From Lama glama (lineage: Eukaryota), in NCBI GenBank assembly GCA_028534125.1, contig CM052816.1, positions 48,486,001 to 48,550,000 of the forward strand: a stretch of DNA of 64,000 nt, given 5' to 3'. Below, piece by piece: positions 1 through 13,356 of the stretch. The translations under genes were made by a program, and so were the position numbers. The notes below the pieces were generated by a model. That model was not told the origin of the DNA, made no database searches, and saw only the letters and a list, made by a program, of their open reading frames with translations. Numbering within the stretch: the first letter of the stretch is position 1; every line of letters starts with the position of its first letter.

Positions 1-319
1 ACTTTTGATGATAATATTGAATTTATCCATATTAGTAGAATTGCAAAATATCCTACAACACAAAAATTAAATTAAAGAAGGAAAATAGGGGGGAAAAAAA
101 ACCTAAAGGAATAAGCTCAAAAGGAAAGAAAATAATGGGAAAAAACCAATCACAAAACTGATGGAAAGGATGAACAAATAGAAATATGAACCTTGTGTCA
201 GAAAAAAAGTATCAAGATGATGAAAAAAGAAAGCAGATGCTTTAGAAATTTTCCTTGTGCAGAAGGATAATCCATCCATTTAGTAGGATGTGGCCAGAAG
301 AATGGTATCTTCTACCAAA

Positions 320-685
320 GTGACTCATTTGAAATGAAAATCTGATCATGTTATTTTCTTTCTTTAAACTCTTCTATGAATTTTAATAAATTCTTAAGAT
401 AAAACAAACAGAAATCCTTAATATAACTTGAATGATCTTGTCCTGTGTATATTTGACTTTATTTTTGAATACTGTTTCAATGATTTGATAATCATTCACT
501 CAGCCTTTTTTTTCAGTTCCTTAATTTTCCAGTTACTTATCAAAATCATGTAATTTTGTATTTATTCATTTTGATATTAGTTTAATATGTTTCCCTTATT
601 AGAAAACAAGTTTTTCTGAAGACAGATTTTACACTTTGTTCATCACCACAATAGTCAGTGCCAGTAAGTGACAGATATTTGACTC
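320..685 (+). mobile_element. Degenerate L2 LINE 3' fragment
   Basis: 'aaatctgatcatgtt..aaactcttc' and 'ttgttcatcacc..agtgcc..tatttg' resemble the L2 3' end; highly diverged. Confidence 0.45.
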
Positions 686-744
686 TTATTTCAAGCCAAA
701 AAATCATACTCCAGTTATACTGGGATTGTATTATTTGGCTTTCA

Positions 745-955
745 AGAGCTGGAAAAATTTATCAGTGATGATAGAAATTAGAAAATAATTCCCTTTTTCT
801 GGATGGTGATTCAACTGAAATGGGGCACAGGAAACATTCTAGGTTAATGGCAATATGAGGTTATTGGTTACTTGGAAATATTCTTTGTCAGAACTCATCA
901 GTTTTATAGTTAAGATCTGTGAATGTCACTGTATAAAAATTTACTTCACTAAACA
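745..955 (+). mobile_element. Old L1 (L1ME/MC-type) 3' UTR fragment
   Basis: 'gtgatgatagaaattagaa...ggggcacaggaaacattctagg...gtcagaactcatc...taagatctgtgaatgtcactgtat..aaatttacttca' matches the old L1M 3' end pattern. Confidence 0.6.
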
Positions 956-2199
956 ATGCAGATATGACCAATGTCTTTCAAACAATGTGCCCTGAAACCT
1001 TAATATCACTGAAAACCACTTCAATTCTTATATTCTTTCATGCATTCAGAACATATTTATTATCTTCTTCACAGATAAGCACATGACATACCTAAGGAAA
1101 GCCTCTGCCTTTGTAGAGCACAGATCTAAAAGGGTCTGAAGTTGATTTTACTGGGGATGTGGGATGGGATGCTTCAGGTAGAAAATCTAAAATGACAAGA
1201 CACCTAACCCTCAACTACAATTCACCTTGAGCAAATAAGCAAAACCATAAGCTTTCTAGGAATAGCCATGTAGGAGACCAGGCAGCATGAAAACTGCTCT
1301 GTGTTCAAGTTAAAATTTTGAAATAATTAAATGCATAAAATATGTTTTGTTTTCTCAAGACAAAAATGATTTTTTAAAAAGTTACTGAAAACTAGACAAA
1401 CCACTGTAATTTAATTTTTAGTCTAGCACATGTACTTTCTTTTTTCTTTCTTTCTTTTTTTTTTAAATTGAAGTATAGATAATTTAGCACATGTATTTTC
1501 AATCTTGGTCCAATAAGTAAAGTATATTTTCCTCAACCAACACTTTTTCCCCTTCCAGAACTTATTCTATGTTCTAGACTTATTGAATTATTGAAATTTG
1601 CAATTTTCCATTTCTCACCTCAAGAGGTTAGGGAGGTAAAGAATAGAAAGAGGGAAGGAGTGATACAGAGAAGAACTTGCAAGTGTGAAAGTGCAAAATA
1701 AATTTGACTTTATAATCTTACATATATATTTAATATATATATATTAAATAGTAAATACATATATTTATATATTACTAAGAACCTAATACCACAGTCTTAC
1801 GTTTGTGAAGGCAAATATCCCAGACATTAAAGTTACACTAAAACTGATGAATTGATAGTGACAAAAAATTGATTTATGCTATGGATGATTGCATTCTTTT
1901 GATAAATAATTATTACATAAACAAAAATAATTTTTGTTATGTTAGGACTTTCAACATTGCTATTTTTTCATAAAACATTATATATGTTATCAGAAATTAT
2001 ATTGAGACCTTGTTTAGTATAAATATGATTTAAATATTTTACTTATGTAATTGAAATAATTTGACTTATATGTGGGTTTATAGTGTTTTATTTCTTATTT
2101 TGCACATCTTCCTGAACTTCTTTCACCAATGTAAATTGTACTGTATGTTTCATTCAGTTTCACATATGCTGCCACTGGTCACGTAGTCCTGTTTTGCAG

Positions 2200-2215
2200 T
2201 GAGCCACCATGGCTC
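2200..2215 (+). CDS. Candidate start-codon-bearing micro-exon (or 3' end of a first exon) encoding Met-Ala + 1 nt (phase-1 donor) of an unidentified host gene
   Basis: gtcctgttttgcAG | TGAGCCACCATGGCTC | GTAAGA: acceptor AG at 2198-2199, perfect Kozak GCCACCATGG at 2203-2212 (ATG 2209-2211), donor at 2216-2221. Flanks are non-repetitive and retain several CpGs. Confidence 0.5.
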
Positions 2216-5200
2216 GTAAGAACTATTGCTTCAGCATCTGCTTCTGAAGAATATTTTTATTCACAAGAGCATTAAGTGCAGTAAGACTTAGACTTTCGCA
2301 CATGAAAGCCAGATGCATCACTAGACACTTTATTGCTGCTGGAAAGAGAATGCAGTGCAAGTCTAGTGGCGACTAGCTCTGGCTGCCTTCACCCAGACTT
2401 TGCATCAAGTCGTGGATCAAAGTTACAGTGAAACTGAGCTGAAGTAAAATTATGCTCTATCCCCAAATATTGCAAATTAAGAGGATTTGGTCTTAAGATA
2501 ACCTAAGAGGTCAAAAAGAAATGTAAGTCGTGCTAGGAAAAGAAGTGAACATGTCCTTTGAGGAAGTAGAATAAAACTGATTTAATTTTTGTTTAGTACA
2601 TGTCATTTGTAAACAAAGTTGTCTAGAAATTCTTGATGTCTATTTGATATTGTATATATCAAAAAATTCATATATATTTACCTATAATATTTAACATGTT
2701 TGTGGGAATTATAGGAAAGGACACATAAAATCTCAAAAACATAATTGTAGAGAAGGAAGAGGAATCAAATTAACTATCGATTACATGCTTTATAACTATA
2801 GAATTATGACAGGAATTCTGTGCTACATAACCATAGAAAATATAATTTAATTGAAGACAATAAAATGAAAGTCTATTATTGAAACCTTTAAAAATATCTG
2901 CTTAAAATTGTTGTGATAAACTGCTCATCTCCCTGAGATTATTATTTTGTTTTACATGAACCCATTTCATTCCCTCCCCCAAATGTGTGAACATTCAATA
3001 AGGTAGCAAATATAGTAAGAGGAAAAGATGGAAAAATAAATGAATGAAGTTGATATTATGTGGCATATTATTTAATAGTGTTGTTGGTCCGCCAAAGAAA
3101 AACTATTATAAAAGCAAGCTCATAATAGCAGAGGAATGAAGGCTAAGTGGAAGAATTTCCAAAATTAAGTGATGCCTCCAAAGTACCTTAAATAATGTTT
3201 TTTTATGCCTACAACATGAGTGTAGTTTCATGTTAGTAAACATTAGAGAAGTTAAGTTGGAACTAAATGTATGTACCTAGGATAAAAATGGTAGGGAAAA
3301 TTGAGAAAACAGATATAAAGACATTTACTACATTGCTTTACTTTTATATTTTGCATCACAGTATGTCACTTTCACATGTTATTTATACTGAGTTTTCAAC
3401 AATGTCCACTTAGCAGAGATGGCAATATAAATTAACTATCATATCTGAAATCACTGAGCTGGTGAATGGATTGCTGCCATCCAATCCACATCCAAACTTC
3501 AAGTCTATTGCTCTTTCAACACCAGTTACTTCCAGGGTAACCAAAAGAAATAAAAACCTCTACAGTAGTGTAGAAGATTTATTTACAAATGTACTCAAAA
3601 AAATGTAGTTTCTACGTTTTGTATAAACTGATCTTATCTTATCAGAAACCATTTATCCCCTGGGTAGGAGTAACCTAAGACTGCTATAATAGTACAAACA
3701 ATTCCTCTTAACAATGTTCAGATTTTCAAGTAATAAGGCTCAAGTTATTACATTTTTATGTCCTTCCAAGGATACACAGTAAATGATAAGGAGGAAAGAA
3801 GAAGAAATAATACGCTGTTGTGGCACTGTAAATGAGTTCTCAGATCTCAAGGTATCCTCTTGATGGCTCTTATGTTTTCAAAGCAACATCCTCTTCTGGC
3901 TTGGTCACTGCCTAATCAGCTGATGTTTCTTCTAAAGACAGCAGTTTGTGTAAACTGCTATCTCGCTTTATGCTTGCCAGTATCCAGCACACTTGCTTGG
4001 CTGCTTTGTCTTTCCCCCAGTTCCTCTTGGAATACATGGTACTTTTACACACATGTAGCTAGCATCTGATTCTGGTTCCCATTTGTTCCTCAGCTAAACA
4101 AGTGGGATGCCTCCTAATTTCTGAGGATCCTCTATGGAAACTCTGTTCTAGAAACTCTACTGACTAGTATCTTAATGCTTCTGAGACTCACTCATACTAA
4201 AACAGCACCGTCTTCTTTCTGCTTAATCATAGATATCACTAGGTTTATTTTATTGTGGGTTTAGCCCAATATTAGAAGGTGATGAAAATGTCCACATTTG
4301 TCTCCCAAATTATCTTGTTTCTCTAAAGCCATACTCCTTTCTTGGCTCAACCTCAAGGCAGGGGAGTGGATGAAGGAAATGAGAATCTTGTCATTGTTTC
4401 CTCTATTACCTGTCTCAATCTATCTACTCAAGTTTAGGGAAAGTAAATTTTCAATCCTTTCTCTTATCTGGTTCTACTTTTAGTAGTACTCTATAATCTA
4501 ATCCATGACATTTGTTTCTCAATAAGCTAAATGAGATTGTAAAGGAATCTTTTATATAAAAAGAGCATTCTCTTGTCCTATGCCTGGCTTGAAAATGTAC
4601 CAGAATTCTATTTTGAAATTTCAGAAGCTGAACGCTAACTTTTTATCTACATTCGTGCTAATGGTACAAAAGTCATTTTCATTATGTGTTTTCTCTAAGT
4701 TCCCCTCTCCCCTACTCAAACGCATATAAAACCTTTGAGTTGAAGATCATACCAACAGAAATGTAAAAAAGAGAACATGGCTCTTCTTTTCTTATAGACT
4801 TGGCTGATATAGCCTGTACAATTATATCATTTAACTCTACAGATGACCATGAATGTCGAATATATGGGATAATATTCTAGAGCATATAGTAGTGGAGTAT
4901 GATAGAATGTGAAAATTGCAATATCTGTATGAAAAACTCTATGAATAAACTGTACTTTCTTAAATATTACCACGTATAAGTTATTGTGCCAATATTTTCT
5001 ATATTTGTTTCTCAATTAAAAATGTAATGCCTTCTACAAAAGTTAAATTTTCTTTTGGCTAATGTCATAGCTTTATTATTGTAAAGTATTTTTCACTTAG
5101 ATTCTCCCTACTTCATTATTAGTACATGAGCTTATGGATGAAATAAAGGATAAGGATTAAGAAATAATTATAAATAGAGGAGAAAATAGAAGAGTTAAAG

Positions 5201-6779
5201 TTCAGCTAACTAATTCTATAATAAAATCTAATTTACTTGAGCTCTTTTTGTTGAATTTTGATGTATGATTCCATATAAATTTGTATGCTGAATGTAGTGC
5301 ATGTTTTTTAAATATCAAAAATTTACTGTAGCTGAATTGAGAGGTCTTTTATAATGAAATAGCTGTTTATTACTTTTAGAGTACATAAAGTTGGAAATTA
5401 TTACTTGGAAAATATGTTTATGCAAATAGTTAACACAATTTTAAAAGTATAGACTTTGATATTATATTTTCACCCACTTTTAAAAAGTACCACTTCTTTA
5501 GAATTTGAAGGCACTTTAACATTTTATCACACTAAAGTATATATAAACATATTTTAATTAATAATTAATGAGAAAATGATACTTGATATTGGAATAAAAC
5601 TTGGGAAGATTGTTTTCTTAAACATGTATCAGTACAAAGCCCAAGCAGAAATGAGGTGTATTTTATTTTGAATTGCAGTATCATGTCACTATCTTTTGAC
5701 ATAATACACCCATGTATCTCTTGTACAGAATCAGTAACTTCTACACACATGCCTAATTAATTTCTGAAATTTAACTACAGAAACAATAACTACATTAAAA
5801 AAAACTACAAAAAAACCCAAAACCCTACATTAATGCAGTGCTTCTTTTCCTCCATAGAACAAAGAATGGAATTTAAATGTGTTAGTAATAGTTTGCCTTG
5901 AATATAAATTCTGAGCAAAACTGTATTTTGAAGAAGACTTTTCAAAAGTTAGCAATTCATTTCCCTCTTATTTACCTATAAATGTTATAATAAAATATTG
6001 GAAAGGTTATCAAGGGAGTAGTTCTCCTGTATTCAAGAGGATTAGTATTAGCATGCTGACTAACTGCTAAACTTTCTGCTTTTCAGTTAATTATTAAAAG
6101 CAATTAATGGCACGGTGCAAATATAAGAATAATTGCTAGTTGAATAGTAACATTGAGTCACTTTAATGAAATAAAATTACATAGATAGGAGTTTGGTTTA
6201 CATATAATCTAATATGCTAGAAGATCTTCCAATATGAGAGCACTGTTCCCCAAGGCACAGAAGTCTGGTAATCTTGAAAGACTAGATGATATCCCAGGCC
6301 TCCAAAGGCTTAGCATGGTCCTGATTCATAGCTCACTATTCTGCCTTGAAAGAAAGCAATGCACTTTTTTTTGTAGCAATGATAAATGTACATGCAAGAT
6401 GGAATAGAAATAAAGGAAAAGAAATCAATTTGAACACAGAATTGTTAGAATTGGTTTCAATTTTTGAAGAAAAAGAGATCACTTTTCAAGAATACTCATA
6501 TGTTTTATCTGCTATAAACTCTTATGGTATGATTTGCTAATTATTAAATTTATCTTAACATTAATTATTGGCAGGATTTAGAATACAGCCAATATTAGGA
6601 ATAGCTAAATTTAATTCAAAAGTGGTTTAAACCAGGCTTTGTCTTCATGTATCTAAAATATGAACTTACCTTATTAAAACACAAATTCTAAAGTCACTAT
6701 CAATGGAAGAGGTGCTGATAAGCTATTCTTATGTGTTATTATATTGTTTATCAACCATTTGGAAAAGCATAACCAGAAA

Positions 6780-7510
6780 CAAAAAGACTTGAGAGTCCCT
6801 TATTTTGTCTCCTTCTACTGTCCTCCTGAAATCTTAACAACAACAGCAACAGCAACAACGAAGTCACCCTTCTCCTGCCTTGGATTCTATTTATTTTCCC
6901 TTTTTTATTAAGAGTACTTGATCTCTCCCATTTTCATTGCCTCTTTTTCCTCAGTCTATGCTTAAAATAGTGTTGTTACAACCAGCTTTTTCTTTAAATT
7001 TATACTGTTTGGGAGCTCACAGTTCCTTCAGTTATATACATATATCCAGTAGACTTATCACTCCCAAATATGATCTCTAGTCCTGCCTCTTTCCTGCACA
7101 TTAGACCCATATTTTCACCTGCCACCTTGTCAATTTTTACAGGCACCTCAAGATCAGCATGTTCATAAGCATTTCTCATTTTCTGCCCAACATCATCCCT
7201 CCCAAATTCTACCCATCACTGTATGTTTCTGCCATACCACAGATAACATATGTTTAGGATTACAGTCATATTTGTTGACAGCTTAAAGTTCTACTGGACA
7301 TCATTTTTTTTTTTTGCTAGCCTTCAAAGAAAATTTGTTTCTCTTATTCTGGAATTTCAAATGTTCCTATAGTTTGTCTCTTCTGTGTAATATTATTTGT
7401 ATGGCTTCTAAATTAATCTTGCAAATCCCTGAGACTGACATTGCATTTATAAATATCTTCTTTTCCTACAGATCCATGTCCAAGTCCTTAGAGGGTCTAC
7501 AAAATGTAAG
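6780..7510 (+). mobile_element. Degenerate L2 LINE fragment
   Basis: 'actcccaaat..atctctagtcctgcctctttcctg..ttagacccatattttcacctgcc..caggcacctcaa..cagcatgttc' is typical L2 ORF2/3' sequence. Confidence 0.55.
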
Positions 7511-7599
7511 TTTCTATCAAATCACATAGAGAATTTTATGAATGTTAATCCTTTCCTGTTTAGGAAAATGTACCTTTAGTATAGAGTTGTATTGAGGAA

Positions 7600-7765
7600 A
7601 TTCTAGTAGTTTAGAGGTAAATGCACATATAGCTTATATACAAGGTCAGGCAAGATTTAAGGGTTAAAATAAAGACTTCACTTCTGGATGAGGTAAATGC
7701 AAAGCCATGTGGCAAATATGTGTACATACATGAATGAGAGGGCTTTCTGTAATTAATCTACCATA
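7600..7765 (-). mobile_element. MLT1F/G-like MaLR LTR fragment (3' LTR of the adjacent internal region)
   Basis: 'aaataaagacttcacttctggatg..gcaaagccatgtggcaaa..ttctgtaattaatctaccata' is the reverse complement of an MLT1F-type LTR start. Confidence 0.5.
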
Positions 7766-7769
7766 TTAT

Positions 7770-9980
7770 AGGTATCCCATAATCAGATGTGATTGTGAAA
7801 TGATCTACTCACAACCAAAGCCTTTGGTTGCTGGACCAGTATACACTGTGTATAGGTCAAAAAGGAACATATATTGGCAGCTGATTTATGGTGTATATCA
7901 ATCAGATAGAACCTAAACTTTGAAGAGTTTTTATTGATTCCCAAGTGGAACTTCAACTAATCCCTCAACGAAACATTACTCTTTTATTAAGCCACCACAG
8001 TTAATTCTGAGGTATGAATGTACTCCTATATTTCCTTTACCATAAACACAGTCTGGTCAGAATTGATGTTTTGTGGGAAGGCCACGAAATGCAAAAATAA
8101 ATTTTAGGGTCTTTAAATAAGAGTCTAGCAGAAGCTTTTTGACCCGATAAGTGAATCTTTATTTGAAATATGCGTCTATTCCCAAAGGACAAATTAGAGC
8201 CTTCTTCATGATGATAGGTGTCTATGTAATCAACCTGTCACTCACTAGAGGCTGCCTAGGCATTGATCTCTGCTGTTGCCAGTTAACATCTAGCAGTAGC
8301 AGTAGGTGGACAGATTAGCCTTAATTAAGGGAAATGCATGTTAACTGAGCCAATGTATGGTCTCCATTTCGGTCTCCATTTCTACTACTATTGAAAGCTT
8401 GTAAATAAGCACATTAAATCAAGAGCAGGATAGCTGGAGAATGAGACTGATTAAGATCCACAAGAAAAGTGATCTTTTCCACTTGATTATTGAAAGTCTG
8501 TCCCTCTTGAATTCCATCTGGTGGACCTCTACATGAAATGCAGTATCTTACTTTTTTTGACCATTCTGCAAGTTCTTTATAAATTGTTCTCCCATAGTTT
8601 ACCTTTCAGCAATTTTCCAGTTTTATTCTTTCTAAGTCCTGATGAGCCAACAACTCCCTTAGTCCTTGTCCATTAAAACAGTGTAGATCATTGCTTAGAC
8701 TATCTATCCTTCTAAATGAAGTTTAAAAAAAAATAGATGTAAGGACCTAAAATCTTTCCTTTATGGTTACTATTTTTCATAGCCATTCCTGAACTATGCT
8801 GTAATATAGTAGCTATCCACTTTGGACTGGTGTAGCATACCATGCAGATCCAACTAGAAACCACAGCTGTGTTTTTCCTTTCTGTACTAACTGGTCAAAG
8901 GGAATTCTCCATGAAGTCATCAGTGTTGGTTGAAGAGGAGGCAGCAAAGCAATAGGAGCAGACACTATAGGTATCTTTACTTTTGCCTCTGCATCTGCTT
9001 AGACATCATTTCAGGTATACAATTTCCATTTACAATGGAATGTTGTTGCACAGGTCTGATTTTGATTCACTGGATGAATTTATAATGAGTTATCCTAGTC
9101 ACATGATATCCCATAGTCAGACATTCAACAACTACCAGTATCAAATAACAAGCCAAAGGCTACTTTTCAAATGGAGAACAGTTGTTAGCAAAGGAAGTCA
9201 TGGTCTTACTACGCAACATTAGGGGTTTGCACTGTGATTGTCCAATTGAAGTTTGCCGGCATCTCATAGATCATTCCTATCTGCTGCAGGCACTTCCAAT
9301 GCTTTCTGGTCTGAAGATTATAAAACTTACAATTTTGTATGGTCTTATAGCTAAACCGAAACTATGTTTTCCAAAGTTTGTACGATTTTGGAAATCATAC
9401 AAATGATTTTTAGTTAGACTTGGACCCAAAAGAAATTTTCATTATATTTGAAGTAAAGAATTAAGCAACAGCCATTATTCTCTGAATGTTGGTGCAATGT
9501 GCCTGGCCCCACTGCAGCTTGTGCACATTATCACTAATTTGCTTGTTCATGTTGTTGTTGTGGGACAGCAGCCAAGGCCACAGCTCCTCCAGTTTCTCTC
9601 AGTTATTTTTCTTTTCAGTTTCACTGAGCCCTTAGCTGTTATAAGTGCAGATTTATGACAAAGGGTCCCATCTTCCTTTATAGGTCACTTGCATTGTCAG
9701 GGTTGGCAAGAAGAGAAACTGACATGAATTATTTGTCTTCATATGTTCCAATTTGTTCTAATGGATTCCTATTTGTCATTACCTCCTCTGATTCAAGATC
9801 AAGTTTTTTCCTCACCTGTCTATCCTGCAGACCTACAGTTATCCCTCTCCCTTGTAACACTCATATCTAAATACAGTAGAGTGTGACTCCTAGATGATTC
9901 TAAAATATTTTCAACTGTGTTCTTCTCCACCATCGTGATTCCTAATCAAGCTAGTTCATTGGTGTCAATTCTGAAGTCTG
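7770..9980 (-). mobile_element. Decayed ERVL/MaLR internal region with pol remnants (RT connection, RNase H, integrase)
   Basis: The minus strand resembles HERV-L Pol motifs in the expected order. ~9215-9050: SK..S.ANN.SPFEK..LACY..LV. ~8870-8740: W...GSA.Y..KW.A..LQ. ~8370-8215: H.FPL.KA.L..ATA..C..QQQR..QVDYI. Many stops and frameshifts. Confidence 0.75.
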
Positions 9981-11019
9981 ATTGTGTTTAGGTCCATTTT
10001 TTTCTTTTATATTTCAGTTCCTTTGGAGTTTTATGTACTCTGCAGAGAATATAATCCCAGATAACTTGGTGCTTTAATGTTATTAACAGCATTTTTATGA
10101 TAGATTAAAAATACCTAAATTTCTACTGGTTTGTTTTAATTATGTCATTGCAAATTACTTGCATTTTGATAAAATTTTGTTTAAATAATGTCAACATAAT
10201 TATAATTTTACTATTGAATGTTAATACATTAGTTGAAATGCAAACTAAAAGAGAAACTAGAATTAATGATTATGTTCATTTTCACATTCTTAAACTTTTA
10301 AATGTAATATACTTATTCAGAAATTGGTTTTAAGAAGAAAGTAGTATTTTGTATATGTATTCTTTGTTATATTGCAGTATGTTTTCCCCATTTAGATTTC
10401 TTATTTTTTAACGAATTGGAAAAAAAATGAGTAGCTACAGACATGAGGGTTTTATACAACTCTTTATTTCCTTATGGTTTCCAAATAGTTGTCAACAGCT
10501 TGTGGAAGAGTATTAAAACCTAGATAGATGCTAACATAAAGAACTGTAAACTTTGTCTGGTCAGTTTAATATTTTATTTAATTTAAATAAAACATAACTG
10601 ATAGTTTAAGAAACTTTTAAACTTAAAGAAATATGCTTTCATTGAAATTTAAAGAAACAGAATCCAGATAGTTTTAAGATTGCTGTGAGGATCTGAGTTA
10701 AAATATCTTTTAATTTGATTGCCTTTATTTTAACTGAGATTTCCTTCCCACTCCAAATCTGTATGATTCTTGAACCCCCATTCTTGAACATTGGTTGTAT
10801 CTAAATTCCTTCAAAGTTATTATTGCTAGTTCCTGGGATCATAGAATTTATGTTCTCATATTATCTCTGATATAAAGTATTATTCCATGCAATATTGACA
10901 TTTTCCTTCAGTTACATCAAAACAAATAAACACAACACAAACCTAATGTATATAGTGCATTAATGTGGTAGATTTCATCAAGGATTTGGCGTTTACAGAG
11001 GAAATTTCATCACAGCAAC

Positions 11020-11381
11020 TCTGTAATAAAAGGGCATTCTTTTTCTGATGTTTGGCTATAGACATTTTTCTAAACCTCACCTTCCTTTTCAACTCTTGGG
11101 ATCCACGTCTAGACAGGCTGATAAGAAAGTATACACAGAACTCTGGTAATAGTGGGAAATTTAAACATGGCAAATCTCCAACCAGCATCAGAACTTTCCC
11201 CAGTCTGGCCTTCTAGCCACTATTAAAACTCAACCCACTCCCTCTGCTTTGCTTAAGCCAGTCTTGACCGGCATGTGCTAGTCATATACTCTTTCCTTTA
11301 TCTATGGAGTGTCATCATCACTGACATCCGAACCAAAGTTCAAGGGAATCCATCCCCCATTTGCTGGGTGCCCACAAAACA
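11020..11381 (+). mobile_element. ERVL-class solo LTR (MER54/MER74-like)
   Basis: 3' end 'gtgtcatcatcactgacatccgaaccaaagtt..ccatccc..tgctgggtgcccacaaaaca' resembles the MER54/73/74/88 LTR terminus. Confidence 0.55.
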
Positions 11382-12227
11382 CATTCAAACATTCAGATTG
11401 AAATTTAGGCATAAGTGTTTTTAATGTTATTTTTTTTTTCATATCCTGTCTCTTTGGATATGTTATATGGGTTTTCTTACCTTGCTTCCAACCTTAGCCT
11501 TATGCCATAAAGCTGTTGTTCTCTTCCATTTTCCTTCTCTTACTCTATAACATACTCAGAAATGAGCTCATTTCTCATGTAAAAATGTTAGCTAGTTCTT
11601 TTATAGACTTGTGACCTAATAACTCCCTAAAGGTTCTTACCTTTCCCCATGAGACAGTTATAAATGTATTTATTAAACAAAACCCATTTCTCTGCTAGAG
11701 AGCGTTATAGTTTTCTCACATCTATGAATGGGTCTATCTGTATTCATATTGCTGCACAAATCCTGATAAATCAGAAAGTGCTTCCTTATTTGGGTATCTC
11801 TGTCAGCACCCCATTCACCTTTTCCTTTTGGCTAAACAGAATTCTTTAGAGGTAAGGTTTTTGTTATGAAAGTTATACTCTTCTTGTCAGATCAACAAAC
11901 GATTTGTGTCTGTGCTGTGACTGCTATTTCTTTTATTTTTTTTCTCCTACTTAGGTCACAATTTAATAGAATCATGCTTTTGTATTCAATAATCCCTACA
12001 CATTTTCTGGCACAATTTTTAAAAGAGAATACATATTTTACTTTCTAAAAATTTAAAATGTAACATATTTAAACAAATATTTTTACAAAATATTAAAAAA
12101 AACTGGAAAAGTTTTCTATAACTCTCAGCTTTAAATGATGCTGTCTCAACAACAACAAAAAAACCATCGCAGCAGCATTAGATGGTATAAATTGTTGGAA
12201 TATCCCCTCCCCTTCCTCAGAAACTTC

Positions 12228-12440
12228 CTGTGCATGTTAGTAAATTGTTATCTCTCAGCCACAAGTTTATACTTTTCTATTCTGCTTTTTTGCGGGTAAA
12301 ACTAGAACCATGAACAAAATAATTTTGCTGTTCCAGCTGGCTCCCTGTTAAGATTTGAAAATAGATGGCACTAGAAGGAAATTATAACTTTGGAGGAGGA
12401 GGAAGGGACTTGATCATTCCTGGGATGTTCTTGTGGTCTT
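12228..12440 (+). mobile_element. LTR33/LTR41-like ERVL LTR 5' fragment
   Basis: 'aaattgttatctctcagccacaa..ccagctggctccctgttaag..tagatggcactagaagga..ggaggaggaggaagggacttg'. Confidence 0.55.
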
Positions 12441-13356
12441 TTTAATTTCTTGTAAAATTATATATGTTCTTCCTTCTGCTTCCACTATTTCTGTTCAGAA
12501 GTCAAATGGAATTCATATTATTATTGTAGCGCATCTGTTTTTCCCTCCTCTGGCTACATTGTGATACTCACTTCATCATTGTTTCAGTGGTTTGATCATA
12601 TGTGCGTATGTATAGGTTTCATTGTATTTATCATGTTGAGAGTCATAGAGCTTCTTGAATCTGTGGACTGGGCTTTCATTTTTTTCAGAGTTCTTTGCTA
12701 TTATTTTTCCAAATGTTTATTCTCCATTCTTTCTCCTTTCCTTCTGAGACTGAAACTATACATATTATAGATTGTTTAATATTGCCCGACATGTCGCCCA
12801 TATTTTGTTTGTTTTCAGTCCTTTTTTTCACCCCTCTGTGCATCAGTTTGAATAATTTTTATAGACTTTTCTTTGAGGACACCAATTCTTCTTTCTATTA
12901 TATCTAGCCTGGTGCTAAGTATGTGCATTGAAATCTTTATTTCAGATATTTTTTTGTTAGAGATACTTTTTTCTGTTGAAATTCTCTATCTTTTGATTCA
13001 ATTTTTATCTTTTCTCCTTGGTTCTTTTACATAATAATCATTATTTTAAAGCTCTTTTCTGATATTTCCAGCAGCCAGATAAGTCTGCATCTAATTAGTA
13101 AAGCTCTTTATTAAGGATCACATTGTCTTATTTCTTCCTAGGTCACCTATTTTTTTTATTTTTTTTATCAGATGTTGTATTTTTGAAGTGGAGTAAATAT
13201 TGTTTACCCAGAGAATGCATACTCTTTACCCTGACAGGCAGCTATGCCAGGGAGTAGATCACTTTGATTAGGTGTGGACTTGGGCTGGCTCAAGCTATGC
13301 TGCATTACAGATTTAGCTTTTTTAGTTCACCACTAGTTTCAAAAGCTTTGAGGATG

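Noticed and set aside
1727..1750. Perfect 24-bp AT palindrome
   Set aside because: Low-complexity (TA)n-derived sequence; expected in this composition
8359..8382. Perfect 12-bp tandem duplication ggtctccatttc x2
   Set aside because: Ordinary slippage duplication inside a dead ERV
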